This document shows positions 22,090-32,949 of a DNA stretch of 64,000 nt, one piece after another (positions within the stretch are counted from its first letter, which is position 1; the number at the start of each line of letters is the position of its first letter). Position numbers and translations under genes: made by a program. Location: the NCBI GenBank assembly GCA_963795855.1, contig CAWCIZ010000005.1, forward strand, positions 1 through 64,000. The letters run 5' to 3'. The notes below the pieces were generated by a model. It was not told the origin of the DNA. It saw only the letters and a list, made by a program, of their open reading frames with translations, and did not search any database. This stretch comes from Vulcanimicrobiota bacterium. GTDB taxonomy: Bacteria; Vulcanimicrobiota; Vulcanimicrobiia; Vulcanimicrobiales; Vulcanimicrobiaceae.

Positions 22090-23300
22090 ATCGCATGCGC
22101 CTGTCCGCCGCGTATGTGGCGATCATGCTCGTCGGACTGCTGCTTTTCGCCGCGGCGGCGGTTTTCGCGATCGATCGCACGCAGCGGTCGACGCTCGATG
22201 CGCGCCTGGCAACCGCGGCGCGCGCGGCCGAAACGTTCGTCGACGTTTCCGGCGGCGGAATCGGTATCGACGCCGACGATCGCCGTCAATTTCTTACAGT
22301 GCTCGGCGCGGATACCGACGGCGCCGTTTTCGATCCGCGCGGCAACTTACTGCTCTCTAGCGCGGCGCGGGTGCCGGCCGGAATCACGCCGCAGAGGCGC
22401 AATGCCCCGGTCTTTTACGACGCGGGAAGCGGCGACGCGATCGTACGAGCATTTTCCCTGCCGATGCTCGATCGCAGCGAGCGCATCGGCACCGTGGTCA
22501 TTTGGCGCGACAGCGACTGGATCGGAGAAACCGATCGCAACTTCACTATCGCGCTCGCGGCCGCGGCCTTGCTTATCGCCGCCTTGGCGCTATTGGCTGG
22601 AAACGTCGTGACGCACCGCGCGCTCGAAGATGCCTTTACGCGTCAGCGCCGATTCACCGCGGACGCATCGCACGAGCTTCGCGCACCGCTGGCGGTGATT
22701 CGTGCGGAGGCGGATCTCGCGCTGCGAAAAGCGCGCGATTCCGCGCAATATCAGAACGCGCTCGAAACGATTGCGTCGGAAGCGGACCGTATGGAAGTGT
22801 TGATCGGCGATCTGCTTACCGCCGCGCGCGCCGAAAGCGGCGCCGTCACGCGCGAGCGCGTCGACGTCGGAGCGATGCTTGCGCGCGTCGCGGACCGCCT
22901 GGCACCGGCCGCCGCGGCAAAAGATGCCGGCATACGCGTGCACGCGCAGCCGGATTGTGTCATCGTCGCCGATCCGCACTCGCTCGAGCGCGCGCTGATC
23001 GCGATCGGCCACAATGCAGTCCGCTACGCTCCGGCGCATGGAACCGTCGTACTGCAAGCGCGCGGCACCGATCATAGCGTCGAAATCGCCGTGCAGGATG
23101 ACGGGCCCGGGTTCTCCGGGGAGGCGCTGCAGCATGGTCTCGAACGCTTCTGGCGCGAGCCCGGCTCGGCGGCGGGAAGTGGGAGCGGCCTCGGCTTGGC
23201 CATCGCCCGTTCGGTCGTCGCGGCAAACGAAGGGGACATCGCCCTCCGCAACGCCCCAAGCGGTGGAGCGGTAGTGCGTTTGCGCTTTCCGGCAGCGTAG
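22086..23300 (+). CDS. Sensor histidine kinase
   Basis: ADASHELRAPL, DDGPG, GSGLGLAI; two TM segments. Confidence 0.95.
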   Translation: MNRMRLSAAYVAIMLVGLLLFAAAAVFAIDRTQRSTLDARLATAARAAETFVDVSGGGIGIDADDRRQFLTVLGADTDGAVFDPRGNLLLSSAARVPAGITPQRRNAPVFYDAGSGDAIVRAFSLPMLDRSERIGTVVIWRDSDWIGETDRNFTIALAAAALLIAALALLAGNVVTHRALEDAFTRQRRFTADASHELRAPLAVIRAEADLALRKARDSAQYQNALETIASEADRMEVLIGDLLTAARAESGAVTRERVDVGAMLARVADRLAPAAAAKDAGIRVHAQPDCVIVADPHSLERALIAIGHNAVRYAPAHGTVVLQARGTDHSVEIAVQDDGPGFSGEALQHGLERFWREPGSAAGSGSGLGLAIARSVVAANEGDIALRNAPSGGAVVRLRFPAA

Positions 23301-23340
23301 CGTTCAGGTTACCGTCATACTCGCGGCGTACTCTACCGCT

Positions 23341-23652
23341 ATGCCGAACCGTCCGCTTACGATAGCCGCCGTGATTGTCATGGCCTCCTCAGTGACCGCC
23401 GGCGCGGTCGCGTATCAAGGACAGCAGTTTGCGCACCAGGCCAAAATAACCATCACCAAAGCTCGAGTCATAGCGCTCAAGGCGGTGCCCGGCGGCAAAA
23501 TCACGGACGAAGAACTCGAACGCGAGGCCGGCGGAAGCGGACTGCGCTACTCTTTCGACGTCAAAATCAAGAACCGGACGCATGAAGTCGGCGTCGACGC
23601 GAAGACCGGCAAAGTGCTCGAGAACAGCGTCGAGGGCGCGAATTCGGATTAG
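23341..23652 (+). CDS. Secreted PepSY-domain protein
   Basis: Signal peptide; ARVIALKAVPGG...EVGVDAKTGKVL. Confidence 0.85.
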   Translation: MPNRPLTIAAVIVMASSVTAGAVAYQGQQFAHQAKITITKARVIALKAVPGGKITDEELEREAGGSGLRYSFDVKIKNRTHEVGVDAKTGKVLENSVEGANSD

Positions 23653-23655
23653 CGA

Positions 23656-26600
23656 TTGAACGTCGCCGGCTTGGGACTGCGCCACCGAAAAACGATCGCG
23701 TTTTTAGTGGTCCTGCTTGCAGCGTTGGGTGTGTGGGCGTACGCCACCACGCCTGCAAGCATTTTTCCGAATATGTCGTTCGCGCGAATCGACGTCGTCG
23801 CCGACGCAGGCAATCTGCCGCCCGATCAAGTTCGCGTTGCCGTCGCGCGTCCCGCTGCAGCGGGCGTTTTTAGGTCTGCCGTCCGTCACGCGCGTCGTTA
23901 CCACGTCTTCGCAAGGCAACGCGGAATTGATCGTGACGTTCGATCCCAAGACCGACGTGCGCTTCGATTTGCAGTACGTCAACCAGGCCATCTCGCAGCA
24001 GCGCGCCGCGCTTCCCGCCGGTACGAACGTCGATGCCGTCATCATCAATCCCAACAGCGAACCGGTCCTTTCGTACGCGCTGCAATCATCCAGTCTCTCG
24101 CAGACCGTGCTGCGCGAACTCGCCCAGCAATCGCTGGTGCCGCAATTTTACGGCGTGCCGGGACTCGCGCGAATTTTGCTGGTAGGCGGCCCCGAGCGTG
24201 AGTATCACGTTACCCTCGATCCCGCAGCCCTGAGCGCGCACGGCCTGACCGCGGATGACGTCGCGAAAGCGATCGCCGACGTCAACACGGTCAACGCTCT
24301 CGGCATTCAGCAGCAATACTATCAGCGAAACGTGATCGTGCTCGATGCCAACGTCAAATCGATCTCGGCGATCTCGCACGTCGTCGTGCCGAACCCGAAT
24401 CATGCACCGGTGCAAGTCGGCGATCTGGGCACTGTCAGCTTAGGCGTGGCTCCGCTGACTACGGCGGTCGAGCTATGACGCGCGCCGGGCGGTGGTCGTC
24501 AATTTTTACGGTTTGCCCGGTGCGGACGCCGTGAAGATGGCCGACGAAGTGAAGCGCCGGATGGCCTCCATTCAAACGCGTTTGCCCGCCGGCGTTTCGC
24601 TGTACCGCTACTGGGATCAGACGGATCTGGTCGTCGAGTCGCAGCGCAGTTTGCGCGACGCGATTCTGATCGGTGCGGTGCTCGCGGTGCTGGTCATTCT
24701 CGTCTTTCTGCGAAATCTGCGGATCACGCTCGTCACCGCAATCGTCATTCCAATCGCGATGTCGATCGCGATATTCGTCATGAGCCGGCTCGGCCAAACC
24801 CTGAACCTGATGAGCGTCGGCGGATTGGCGGTTGCGGTCGGGCTCATCATCGACGACGCCATCGTCGTCGTCGAAAACATCGCGCGCAATCTCCATCTCT
24901 ATCCAAATATGCGCAAGTCCGACGTCGTCGTCTTGTCGATGGGCGAACTCGCCGCACCGATGGCGGCCTCGACGTTCACGACCGTCGTCGTCTTCGTGCC
25001 GCTGCTGCTGCTCACCGGCGTGAGCGGATTTTTCTTTCGCGCGCTCGCGCTCACGCTGGCGTCTGCGCTCATCGTTTCGCTGCTGCTCGCGTTGTTCGTG
25101 ACGCCGCTGCTGGCGACGTGGCTGATGCGCGAGGACGAAGAGCACAAAGAAGACACGGGCCTGATCGCACGGCTGCTCTCGCGATACGAGCCGCTGCTGC
25201 GCTGGACGCTGCGTCATCGCATTGCCGTGTACGGCGCGTCGGCGATCGTGCTGATCGCGACCGTCGTGCTGCTCTCGCATCTGCCCAGCGACTTCTTACC
25301 GCATTTGGACGAGGGGCAGTTCGAAGTCGGTTATGCCATGCCGGTCGGCACGACGATTCAGGCCAGCGACGCGGCTGCGACGACGCTCGAGCGCATCGCC
25401 ATGCAAGACCCTGCCGTCGCATCCGTGGGCCGTTTCACGGGCATCGACACGAACGGCTATTCGCCGACGCAGGTGCGCCAAGGCACGATCCGCATTCGGC
25501 TCAAGCCGCAAGGACAACGACCGCCGTACGAAGTCGTGAGCGACCGCTTGCGCGATCGATTTTCCGCGGCGGTTCCGGCGGCGCAGCTCGATTTTCACCA
25601 AATTCTCGAGGACATGATCAACGACATGTCCGGTGCGCCATCCCCTATCGAAGTCACGCTCAGCGGCCCCGATCAACTAACGCTGGTGAATCTGGCGACG
25701 ACGCTCGCCGGCAAGTTCTCGAACGTTCCCGGTTTGACGGACGCGTTTTCCGGCGTCATCTACGACGATCCGACGGTGCGTATCGATCCCAACGGAGCGC
25801 GCCTTGCCGCGTTGAACATCAGCGCTAACGATCTCGGCACCGCGCTGCAAGCGGCATCGCAAGGCACACTCGCGACGAACGTTGCGGGAAGTTTGAATTT
25901 GATTCCGGTGCGCGTCAGTTTGGCGGATTCCGGAACGACCGATTTGGCTCAGACGCTGCTGCCCACGCCGTCCGGCGTCGTTTCGCTCGGGAGCGTCGCA
26001 CAACTGCGCTCAAACCGCCTCTCGACCGACATCACCGAAATCAACGGCCAGCGCGTCATGCGGATCAGCGCGAATTACGGCGGCGCGAGTTTGTCTTCGG
26101 TGGTTGCCGGGGTACAGAAAGTCCTGCGCGCTTCGCCGTTGCCTCCCGGGTACTCGGCTGCGATAGGCGGCGCATATGAAGCGCAGCAGCAGTCTTTCCG
26201 CGAATTCGTGGAAGTGATCTTGATTGCGGTACTCATGGTGTACGCGCTGATGCTGATGACGTTCAAATCGTTCCGCCTTCCGGTCGTGATTCTCACTGCG
26301 ATACCGCTCGCATTGATCGGCGTTGCGCTCGGCCTGTTCGTCACCGGCACCGCGTTCAACGTCTCTTCGTTCATGGGCTTGCTGCTGCTCGTCGGACTTA
26401 TCGTCAAGAACGGCATCCTGCTCATCGACGTCGCAAACCGGCGCCGTCAGGAAGGGGCGAGCGTGCAAGACGCGCTCGTCGCCGCCGGCCGCACGCGTCT
26501 GCGCCCGATCGTGATGACGACGTTTGCGGCAATCGGCGGATTGCTGCCCCTTGCGTTCGGGATCGGCGCGGGGTCGGCTATGGAACAGCCGCTCGCGATT

Positions 26601-26696
26601 GCCGTCATCGGCGGCCTTTCCACTGCGACCGCATTCACGCTCGTCGTCATCCCGGTGTTGTATGCGGGCATCGCGTCCAGGCGCGTGAGAGGATGA
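23656..26696 (+). CDS. RND efflux permease (CusA/CzcA/AcrB family), two frameshifts (~23850, ~24470)
   Basis: GLIIDDAIVVVENI, GLIVKNGILLID, RLRPIVMTT. Confidence 0.9.
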
Positions 26697-27913
26697 TTGC
26701 CGCATTGGTTCTTGCCGCGTTAACGTCGGCTCCGCGGGAATTCAGCGCGCTGCCGCTGACCGACGCGCTGCAAAAATCGGTTGCCGTCTCGCCCGACGTT
26801 GCGCAAGCGCGGGAACGGGTGAACGAGAACGCGGCTTTGCTGGCCGCCGCGCGCGGCACGGCAGCTCCGGCGCTGACGCTGAATTACACGGCAGCTCCGC
26901 AAGGCGGCAACGCCGACAACACGATCGAGCAAAGTTTGACGACGGCCGGCGCAAGCGTTACCTTGGGCGACTATCTTGCATACCGCCCGGCCGTTCGCGA
27001 AGCCCAATTTACGCTCGCAACCGCGCAGTACGATTTGCTGGACGCGCAGCGCACGGAGCGGGTCAAAGCAATCGGGTTGTACTATGGTGCGCTCAAAGCC
27101 GGAGCGACGCTCGATCTGCGCGCGCAAGATCTTTCGGGGGCGCGTTCGGATTTGCGTGCGGCGCAACTGCGTTTTCGCGCGGGCGATGCGCCGCGGCTCG
27201 ACGTGGTGCGCGCGCAGGTTGCGCTCTCGAGCGCGCAGGCGGCTCTCGACGCCGCTCAAGTCGATTTGGAAAATGCCGACGACGCGCTCGCCGTCGAGAC
27301 GGGCATACCGCAAAACCAATTCGGTGCAGTTCGCCCCGCGCCGGCGATCCCGCGGATTCCGGACGATCCGCAGCGGGCGATCGCCCGCGCGCTCGCGCAA
27401 CGCAGCGACCTTGCGTCCGCGCAGCAGGCGGTCAGCGCGGAAGAAGCCGCGGTGCGCGTGGCGCAGCGCGCCGTGCTTCCCGCGATTTCGGTAACCGCCG
27501 GCTACACGCAAGGCATGGATTCGGGCGTCTTCGTGCGCGGTCCGTCCGCAAGCATCAACGCCGCACTGCCGATTTCGCATGCGGCCTCGGCTCGCGCACA
27601 GGCGGAACGGGCGCGACTCGCGCAAGCGCACTACAAAGTCGCATCGCTGCGCCGGCAGATTACGGTCGAAGTCGGAGCCGCCGCGCGCGCTTACGCCGAA
27701 AGCCGGCGCGCCCTGGCATCCGCCCGCACGGCGCGCATTGCGGCCGAGCAGGAACTTCGCGCAACGCAGACCGGATATCGAAGCGGTGCGAGTTCGAGTT
27801 TGGACGTTGCGGACGCACGCCGAACGTACGTCCAGGCGGCGCTCGCGGAATTGAACGCGATCTACGCTCAAGCGCAAGCCGCGGCGACGGTTGAGGAGGA
27901 AACGGGACCGTGA
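26693..27913 (+). CDS. TolC-family outer membrane factor
   Basis: Duplicated OEP pattern (RFRAGDAPRLDV / GYRSGASSSLDV); RND operon context. Confidence 0.85.
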   Translation: MIAALVLAALTSAPREFSALPLTDALQKSVAVSPDVAQARERVNENAALLAAARGTAAPALTLNYTAAPQGGNADNTIEQSLTTAGASVTLGDYLAYRPAVREAQFTLATAQYDLLDAQRTERVKAIGLYYGALKAGATLDLRAQDLSGARSDLRAAQLRFRAGDAPRLDVVRAQVALSSAQAALDAAQVDLENADDALAVETGIPQNQFGAVRPAPAIPRIPDDPQRAIARALAQRSDLASAQQAVSAEEAAVRVAQRAVLPAISVTAGYTQGMDSGVFVRGPSASINAALPISHAASARAQAERARLAQAHYKVASLRRQITVEVGAAARAYAESRRALASARTARIAAEQELRATQTGYRSGASSSLDVADARRTYVQAALAELNAIYAQAQAAATVEEETGP

Positions 27914-29058
27914 TCCGGCGGACGCTGGGAATGCTTACGGCGCTGTGCGCGCTCTGCGCGTGCGGTTCGCACGGCACGTCGACGCAAGAGGCGAAACCAT
28001 CCGTTGCGCTGGCGACGGCGTCGTTTGGAAGTTACGTCGAACAGGTGACTGCCGTCGGGCGCATCGGCGCTCCCGCCGGCGCGGAGACCAACCTCTCGTT
28101 TGCGGAACCGGGAATCTTGAGCGACGTGGACGTCCGCATCGGCGAGCGCGTGACGCAAGGGGATGCGCTCGCGCAGTTGAAAAGCGGCGGCTTCTCGCTC
28201 GCCGCGGCGCAAGCACAAGCCGATGCGCAGGCCGCGCAAGCCAATGCCCGGCAATCCGCGGTAGATCGCACGAGCACGAAAATCGCCGTCGACGAAGCCG
28301 CCGTGCGACGCGCGCAGTCGCTCTATGCAGCAGGCGTTTCGGCGCTGAAAGACGTGCAGGCGGCGCAGGCGCAGCTCGCTCAAGATCGCGCGGATGCAGC
28401 GAGTGCGCGCGCGCAGATCAGCGGCGCCTCGGCGCAAGCGCAGAGCGCGCAAGACCGCGCGGCGCTCGCCGAGCGCGACTTGGCGAACGCGACGCTGCGC
28501 GCGTCGGCGGACGGCGTCATCACCGGCATCTACAAGCATCCCGGCGAAGCGGTCGATCCCACGACGCCGGTGATCGGTATCGGCCCCACGCAAACCAATG
28601 ATATAACGCTCGACGTTTCGGCTTCCGACGCCGCGCGCGTGCACGCGGGCGATTCGGTGTCGTTTTCCATTCCCGGAACGCAGCTGCACAGCGAAGGACG
28701 CGTCGCCGGGGTTTCATCGGCGCTCGATCCGAGCACGCAGACCGCGACGGTCGTCGTGACCGGCGTGCCGAGCGGCGCGCCGGCCGGAAGCGCCGTCCAG
28801 GCGACGATCGACGTCGCGCACGATCGCGGCATCGTCATCCCGCAAAGCGCCATCGTCCAGGATCCGCAGAGCGGGCAGACGCTCGTGTTCGTGCAGACCA
28901 CCGATAAGAACGGCGACGCGAAGTTCGCGCAGCGCAGCGTGGTCGTAGCGCGCGAAAACGGATCGCAAGCGCTCATCTCTTCTGGTCTGCGCAACGGTGA
29001 ACGCATCGCCGCGCAGGGCGGTTTCGCATTGCTCGCACCGGCCGGCGGCGGTGACTAA
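27910..29058 (+). CDS. RND membrane fusion protein (lipoprotein)
   Basis: Lipobox LCAC, lipoyl-like GERVTQGDALAQL, coiled coil. Confidence 0.9.
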   Translation: MIRRTLGMLTALCALCACGSHGTSTQEAKPSVALATASFGSYVEQVTAVGRIGAPAGAETNLSFAEPGILSDVDVRIGERVTQGDALAQLKSGGFSLAAAQAQADAQAAQANARQSAVDRTSTKIAVDEAAVRRAQSLYAAGVSALKDVQAAQAQLAQDRADAASARAQISGASAQAQSAQDRAALAERDLANATLRASADGVITGIYKHPGEAVDPTTPVIGIGPTQTNDITLDVSASDAARVHAGDSVSFSIPGTQLHSEGRVAGVSSALDPSTQTATVVVTGVPSGAPAGSAVQATIDVAHDRGIVIPQSAIVQDPQSGQTLVFVQTTDKNGDAKFAQRSVVVARENGSQALISSGLRNGERIAAQGGFALLAPAGGGD

Positions 29059-29956
29059 ACTCTCCGTGGGCGCGTTTGTCGCAATCGCGATCGCCGTAGC
29101 GGTCGCACTGACCGGCGGCCGTTATTTCAGCTCTCAGCACACGCGTTTGACCGACTTGCCGGGCCAAGTAGCCGCTGCGGTCGCTCCTGATTTACCGCGG
29201 CCGCCCGCGCACGTCGTGATCGTCGTCGAAGAGAACAAAGAATTCCGCGATATCGCGGGCAATACGCGGTCGGCGCCTTACATCAACCAGCTCATCGCGC
29301 GCGGCGCGCTGTTCACGCGTTCGTACGGCGTCGCTCACCCGAGTCAGCCCAACTACTTGGCGCTTTTCGCCGGAATTACCGACACCAACGGCGACGGGTG
29401 CCCGCCGCGCGGCATCGACGCGAACGCTCCGAATCTCGCGACGGAGCTTCTAGCGGCGCGCGAGACCTTCGCCGGCTACGCGGAAGATCTGCCGCAGCCC
29501 GGTTCGAGCGTCTGCTGGGCCGGACAATACGCTCGCAAACACGTGCCGTGGGCCGACTTCGACAACGTCACGGCGCAGGAGAATCTTCCGCTCGCCGCGC
29601 TGCCGTCGCGCTACGATCGCCTGCCGACCGTGTCGTTCATCATACCGAACGTGCTCGACGACATGCACAGCGCGAGCATCGCACGCGGCGACGCTTGGCT
29701 GAAGGCTCGCGTCGGTCCGCTCGCGGCATGGGCCATGAGTCACAATACCCTGCTGGTCGTGACGTGGGACGAGAGCGACGATGCGATCGACAATCACATT
29801 CCGACCCTCTTCGTCGGTCCGATGGTGCGCGCGGGGCGTTACGACGAACCGGTTACGCATTACCGAGTACTGCGTACCATTGAAGATTTTTATCGGCTTC
29901 CCCATGCAGGCCGTTCGGCGGACGTGCCGCCGATTTCCGGCATCTGGCTGCGGTGA
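29051..29956 (+). CDS. Phosphoesterase / acid phosphatase
   Basis: HVVIVVEEN, HPSQPNYLALF, YARKH, DDMH, TWDE. Confidence 0.9.
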   Translation: MTKLSVGAFVAIAIAVAVALTGGRYFSSQHTRLTDLPGQVAAAVAPDLPRPPAHVVIVVEENKEFRDIAGNTRSAPYINQLIARGALFTRSYGVAHPSQPNYLALFAGITDTNGDGCPPRGIDANAPNLATELLAARETFAGYAEDLPQPGSSVCWAGQYARKHVPWADFDNVTAQENLPLAALPSRYDRLPTVSFIIPNVLDDMHSASIARGDAWLKARVGPLAAWAMSHNTLLVVTWDESDDAIDNHIPTLFVGPMVRAGRYDEPVTHYRVLRTIEDFYRLPHAGRSADVPPISGIWLR

Positions 29957-30034
29957 CACGAAAGTGCCATGGAGCGTGCTGGTTTTTGCTTGCAAGTTAT
30001 GTCAAAATAAGCGAAAGCTAAAAACCCGGAGGGC

Positions 30035-32881
30035 ATGAACTTGTTCCGAAGGTTCCCAATAGCCCGCATTCTCGCGGTGGCGCTCGCTGTGCTATTCATA
30101 GTGCAGTTCGCCGCCCCGGCGGGCGCACAAACGGCTTCCAGCACGGCAGGCAGCATAACCGGTACGGTACGCGATGAGACAAACGCGCCCGTTACCGATG
30201 CCGCGGTCCTCCTGCAAGGGCCGAACCGCTATGAAACCACTTCAGACGCAAACGGCGCATTCGCATTCAAAACCGTATCGCCGGGCGTCTACTCCATATC
30301 CGTCTCGAAAGCCGGATACACGAAGGCATCGCAAAACGACGTCGCGGTGCTCGCGGGCCAAACTCAGGCGCTGACCGTACAGATGGAGCACCTGACGTTT
30401 TCCTCGCTGCGCACGATCGCCAGCGTTCGAGTGCAGGGAAGCACCGCCATCAACACCTCACCGGCTTCGATAAACACCGTTTCGCCGCAAGAGTTCGTCA
30501 ACGAAGGGCAAGTCCAAGTCACTCGCGTTCTCAGCGAAGTGCCTGGGCTGCAAATCTCGTTCCCGTCGAACTCGTCGAACGGCGCCTCGCCCGGTTCGAT
30601 CACCATACCGAACATCCGCGACGCAACCTCGTATGAAACCGCGTCGCTGATCGACGGCCATCCCATCTCCGTCGGTCAATACGGCGACAACGTCACGACG
30701 TTTTTGAACAGTTTCATGTTCGGAGACATTCAAGTCATAAAAGGGCCGGGCGCCGAGTCTCCCGTCGTGAACAACGCAATCGGCGGAACGGTAAACTTCC
30801 GCACGAAAGAGCCGACGCTCAAGCCGGCGGCGCAGCTGCTGTTCGGCTTCGACAACCACGGCGGATCGCTGAGCAACTTCAGCTATTCCAACACGGTCGG
30901 TAAACTCGGCTTCGTCGTCGATCTGGCCAGCGACAACACGCCATCAGCACTGAACGGGAGAACGGTGTACTTCGATCCGTCCGGCGGCCTCTACGGCAAC
31001 GGCAGCCTCGACGGCGGCACCGGTTACGGCAGCATCGGCAACACTGCCAGCTCCGCGCCGTCGACGTTCGGCTTGGTCGCGTGCTGCTACACGCTGCTCG
31101 GCAACTTCGATCAGACGGCGCAGCTCTGCAAGCTTCGCTATAAATTCTCCTCAGCAACGTCTCTGACGGTCAGCTACCTGGATTCGCAAACGACTGCAGA
31201 CCAGAACGGCAATACGTCGGACTTCTACCTCGGGCAATTCGCACCGGGAGCCGGCTACACGGGCTCCCTGCAGCCGGGTCCCATTCAGGTAGCGAACGTT
31301 TATCCGGGCGCGTACAACGGCGAACACAACATCGAGCCGATCTTCCAAGCCGAAGGGCTGACGAGCATCGGCAACGACACGTTGCTCGCCCGCTACTATA
31401 ACGCCTCGATTCTGCGATACCAGTTCCAAGGGCTCGCTAATGCGCCGGATTACAACGTCACGACGCTTTACGGAACCTCGACCGATGCAAACGGCGGCCT
31501 CGCCGCCACGTTCAACGGTGCTACCGCGAATGTCGGTTTCAACGACTTGTACACGGAGCCCGAACTCGACAAGCTGCAGGGCGGTTCGATCGAGTATCAG
31601 CATCCGTTCGGCAATTCCGTTCTGACGTTTTCCGCCGACCGGACACTGTCCAAGAGCACCGACTACTCGGTGTTCCCGGGCCCCTACTACTCATTCGGAC
31701 TGCCGCCCGGAACGCAGCAGACGCTTTCAACTTATCTGCTGCGCGACCAATGGAACGTCAACAGCCGCCTCAACGTCACGCTCAGCAACTATCTCAACAC
31801 GTACCGCTTGACGTATCCGATTGGCTGCATGGACGCCGCAACTACCGGCTGCAACACCCAAGCCGAGGCGCAATACGGTCAGGGCGTCTTCTTCCAAACC
31901 TCGAACATTACGCATGACGATCCGCGTCTCGCGTTCGTCTACCGGCCGAGCCCGTCGTCTTCGGTCCGCTTCGCGGCCGGCAGCGCGATTGCGCCGCCGT
32001 TCCTCGGACTGTTGGTGCAAGTCGCATCGGTGCCCAAGTACGACAAGACGAGCGGCGCCGCGCTTGAATCGCAAAGCAACGGGAACCTCAAGCCCGAGAC
32101 GGCATTCGGCTACGATCTCGGAGGCGATTACCGCCTTCGCGACAACGTTACCACGGTTTCCGGCGACGTATATTTGACGAATCTGTTCAACCGGTTCTTC
32201 GGTCAAACGATCAACACCGGGCGAACCTGCGACACCGTCACGTGCGATCCGAACGGCGCGCCGTTCATTCCGCCGGGAACGCCGGTTCTGAACCAGACGA
32301 ACACCAACATCAGCAACGCGCGCTTCGAAGGCGTTGAACTGACGATCAAACGCGCTCCGCCAGTGGGGTTCGGGTACGTTCTCCAAGGCGCGCTCGAGAA
32401 AGGCTATTACTACAATCTCCCGCCGTACTTCTATTGTTCCGTACCGGGGCCGGGATGTACGCCGGACCAGAACTTGAACGTGATTTCCGGACAGAATACG
32501 AACGGTATCCCGGTCGGGTTCTACAACATCTCCTACAACGGCAACATGCGCATTCCGTACTCGCAAGGAAACGCCCAGCTCTCGTACACGTTCAACAACG
32601 GCGCGTACGCGATGATCGGCGAGACGTACTTCGGGCACAATAACTCGCTCAACGAGCCGGCGTTCGGAATCGGATATGCGAGCCTGCGTTATCCCGTGAC
32701 GGATAAAATGGCACTGCAAGTTTCCGGAAACAACATCTTCAACGCCTACCCCGGAATCTTGCCGATTTACGGCGGCGGCGTTCCGATCGACCTCGCCGGA
32801 GGCGCCGGCGTCGGTGCGACCACCGGCAACGTGCTCGGGCCTGCAACCTACAGTCTGACGCTCATAACGAACCTGCCGTAG
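30035..32881 (+). CDS. TonB-dependent receptor with N-terminal carboxypeptidase-regulatory-like domain
   Basis: Signal peptide, GTVRD..PV, plug motif VIKGPG..AIGGTVN, NLKPETA, NNIFN. Confidence 0.9.
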   Translation: MNLFRRFPIARILAVALAVLFIVQFAAPAGAQTASSTAGSITGTVRDETNAPVTDAAVLLQGPNRYETTSDANGAFAFKTVSPGVYSISVSKAGYTKASQNDVAVLAGQTQALTVQMEHLTFSSLRTIASVRVQGSTAINTSPASINTVSPQEFVNEGQVQVTRVLSEVPGLQISFPSNSSNGASPGSITIPNIRDATSYETASLIDGHPISVGQYGDNVTTFLNSFMFGDIQVIKGPGAESPVVNNAIGGTVNFRTKEPTLKPAAQLLFGFDNHGGSLSNFSYSNTVGKLGFVVDLASDNTPSALNGRTVYFDPSGGLYGNGSLDGGTGYGSIGNTASSAPSTFGLVACCYTLLGNFDQTAQLCKLRYKFSSATSLTVSYLDSQTTADQNGNTSDFYLGQFAPGAGYTGSLQPGPIQVANVYPGAYNGEHNIEPIFQAEGLTSIGNDTLLARYYNASILRYQFQGLANAPDYNVTTLYGTSTDANGGLAATFNGATANVGFNDLYTEPELDKLQGGSIEYQHPFGNSVLTFSADRTLSKSTDYSVFPGPYYSFGLPPGTQQTLSTYLLRDQWNVNSRLNVTLSNYLNTYRLTYPIGCMDAATTGCNTQAEAQYGQGVFFQTSNITHDDPRLAFVYRPSPSSSVRFAAGSAIAPPFLGLLVQVASVPKYDKTSGAALESQSNGNLKPETAFGYDLGGDYRLRDNVTTVSGDVYLTNLFNRFFGQTINTGRTCDTVTCDPNGAPFIPPGTPVLNQTNTNISNARFEGVELTIKRAPPVGFGYVLQGALEKGYYYNLPPYFYCSVPGPGCTPDQNLNVISGQNTNGIPVGFYNISYNGNMRIPYSQGNAQLSYTFNNGAYAMIGETYFGHNNSLNEPAFGIGYASLRYPVTDKMALQVSGNNIFNAYPGILPIYGGGVPIDLAGGAGVGATTGNVLGPATYSLTLITNLP

Positions 32882-32897
32882 AAAGGCAGCGGTAAAC

Positions 32898-32937
32898 GAG
32901 AAGGGACGCGAGAAAACTCGCGTCCCTTCTCACTTTT
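32898..32937. terminator. Terminator between convergent genes
   Basis: Perfect 15-bp stem GAGAAGGGACGCGAG-AAAA-CTCGCGTCCCTTCTC. Confidence 0.8.
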
Positions 32938-32949
32938 GCCGGGAAGCGT

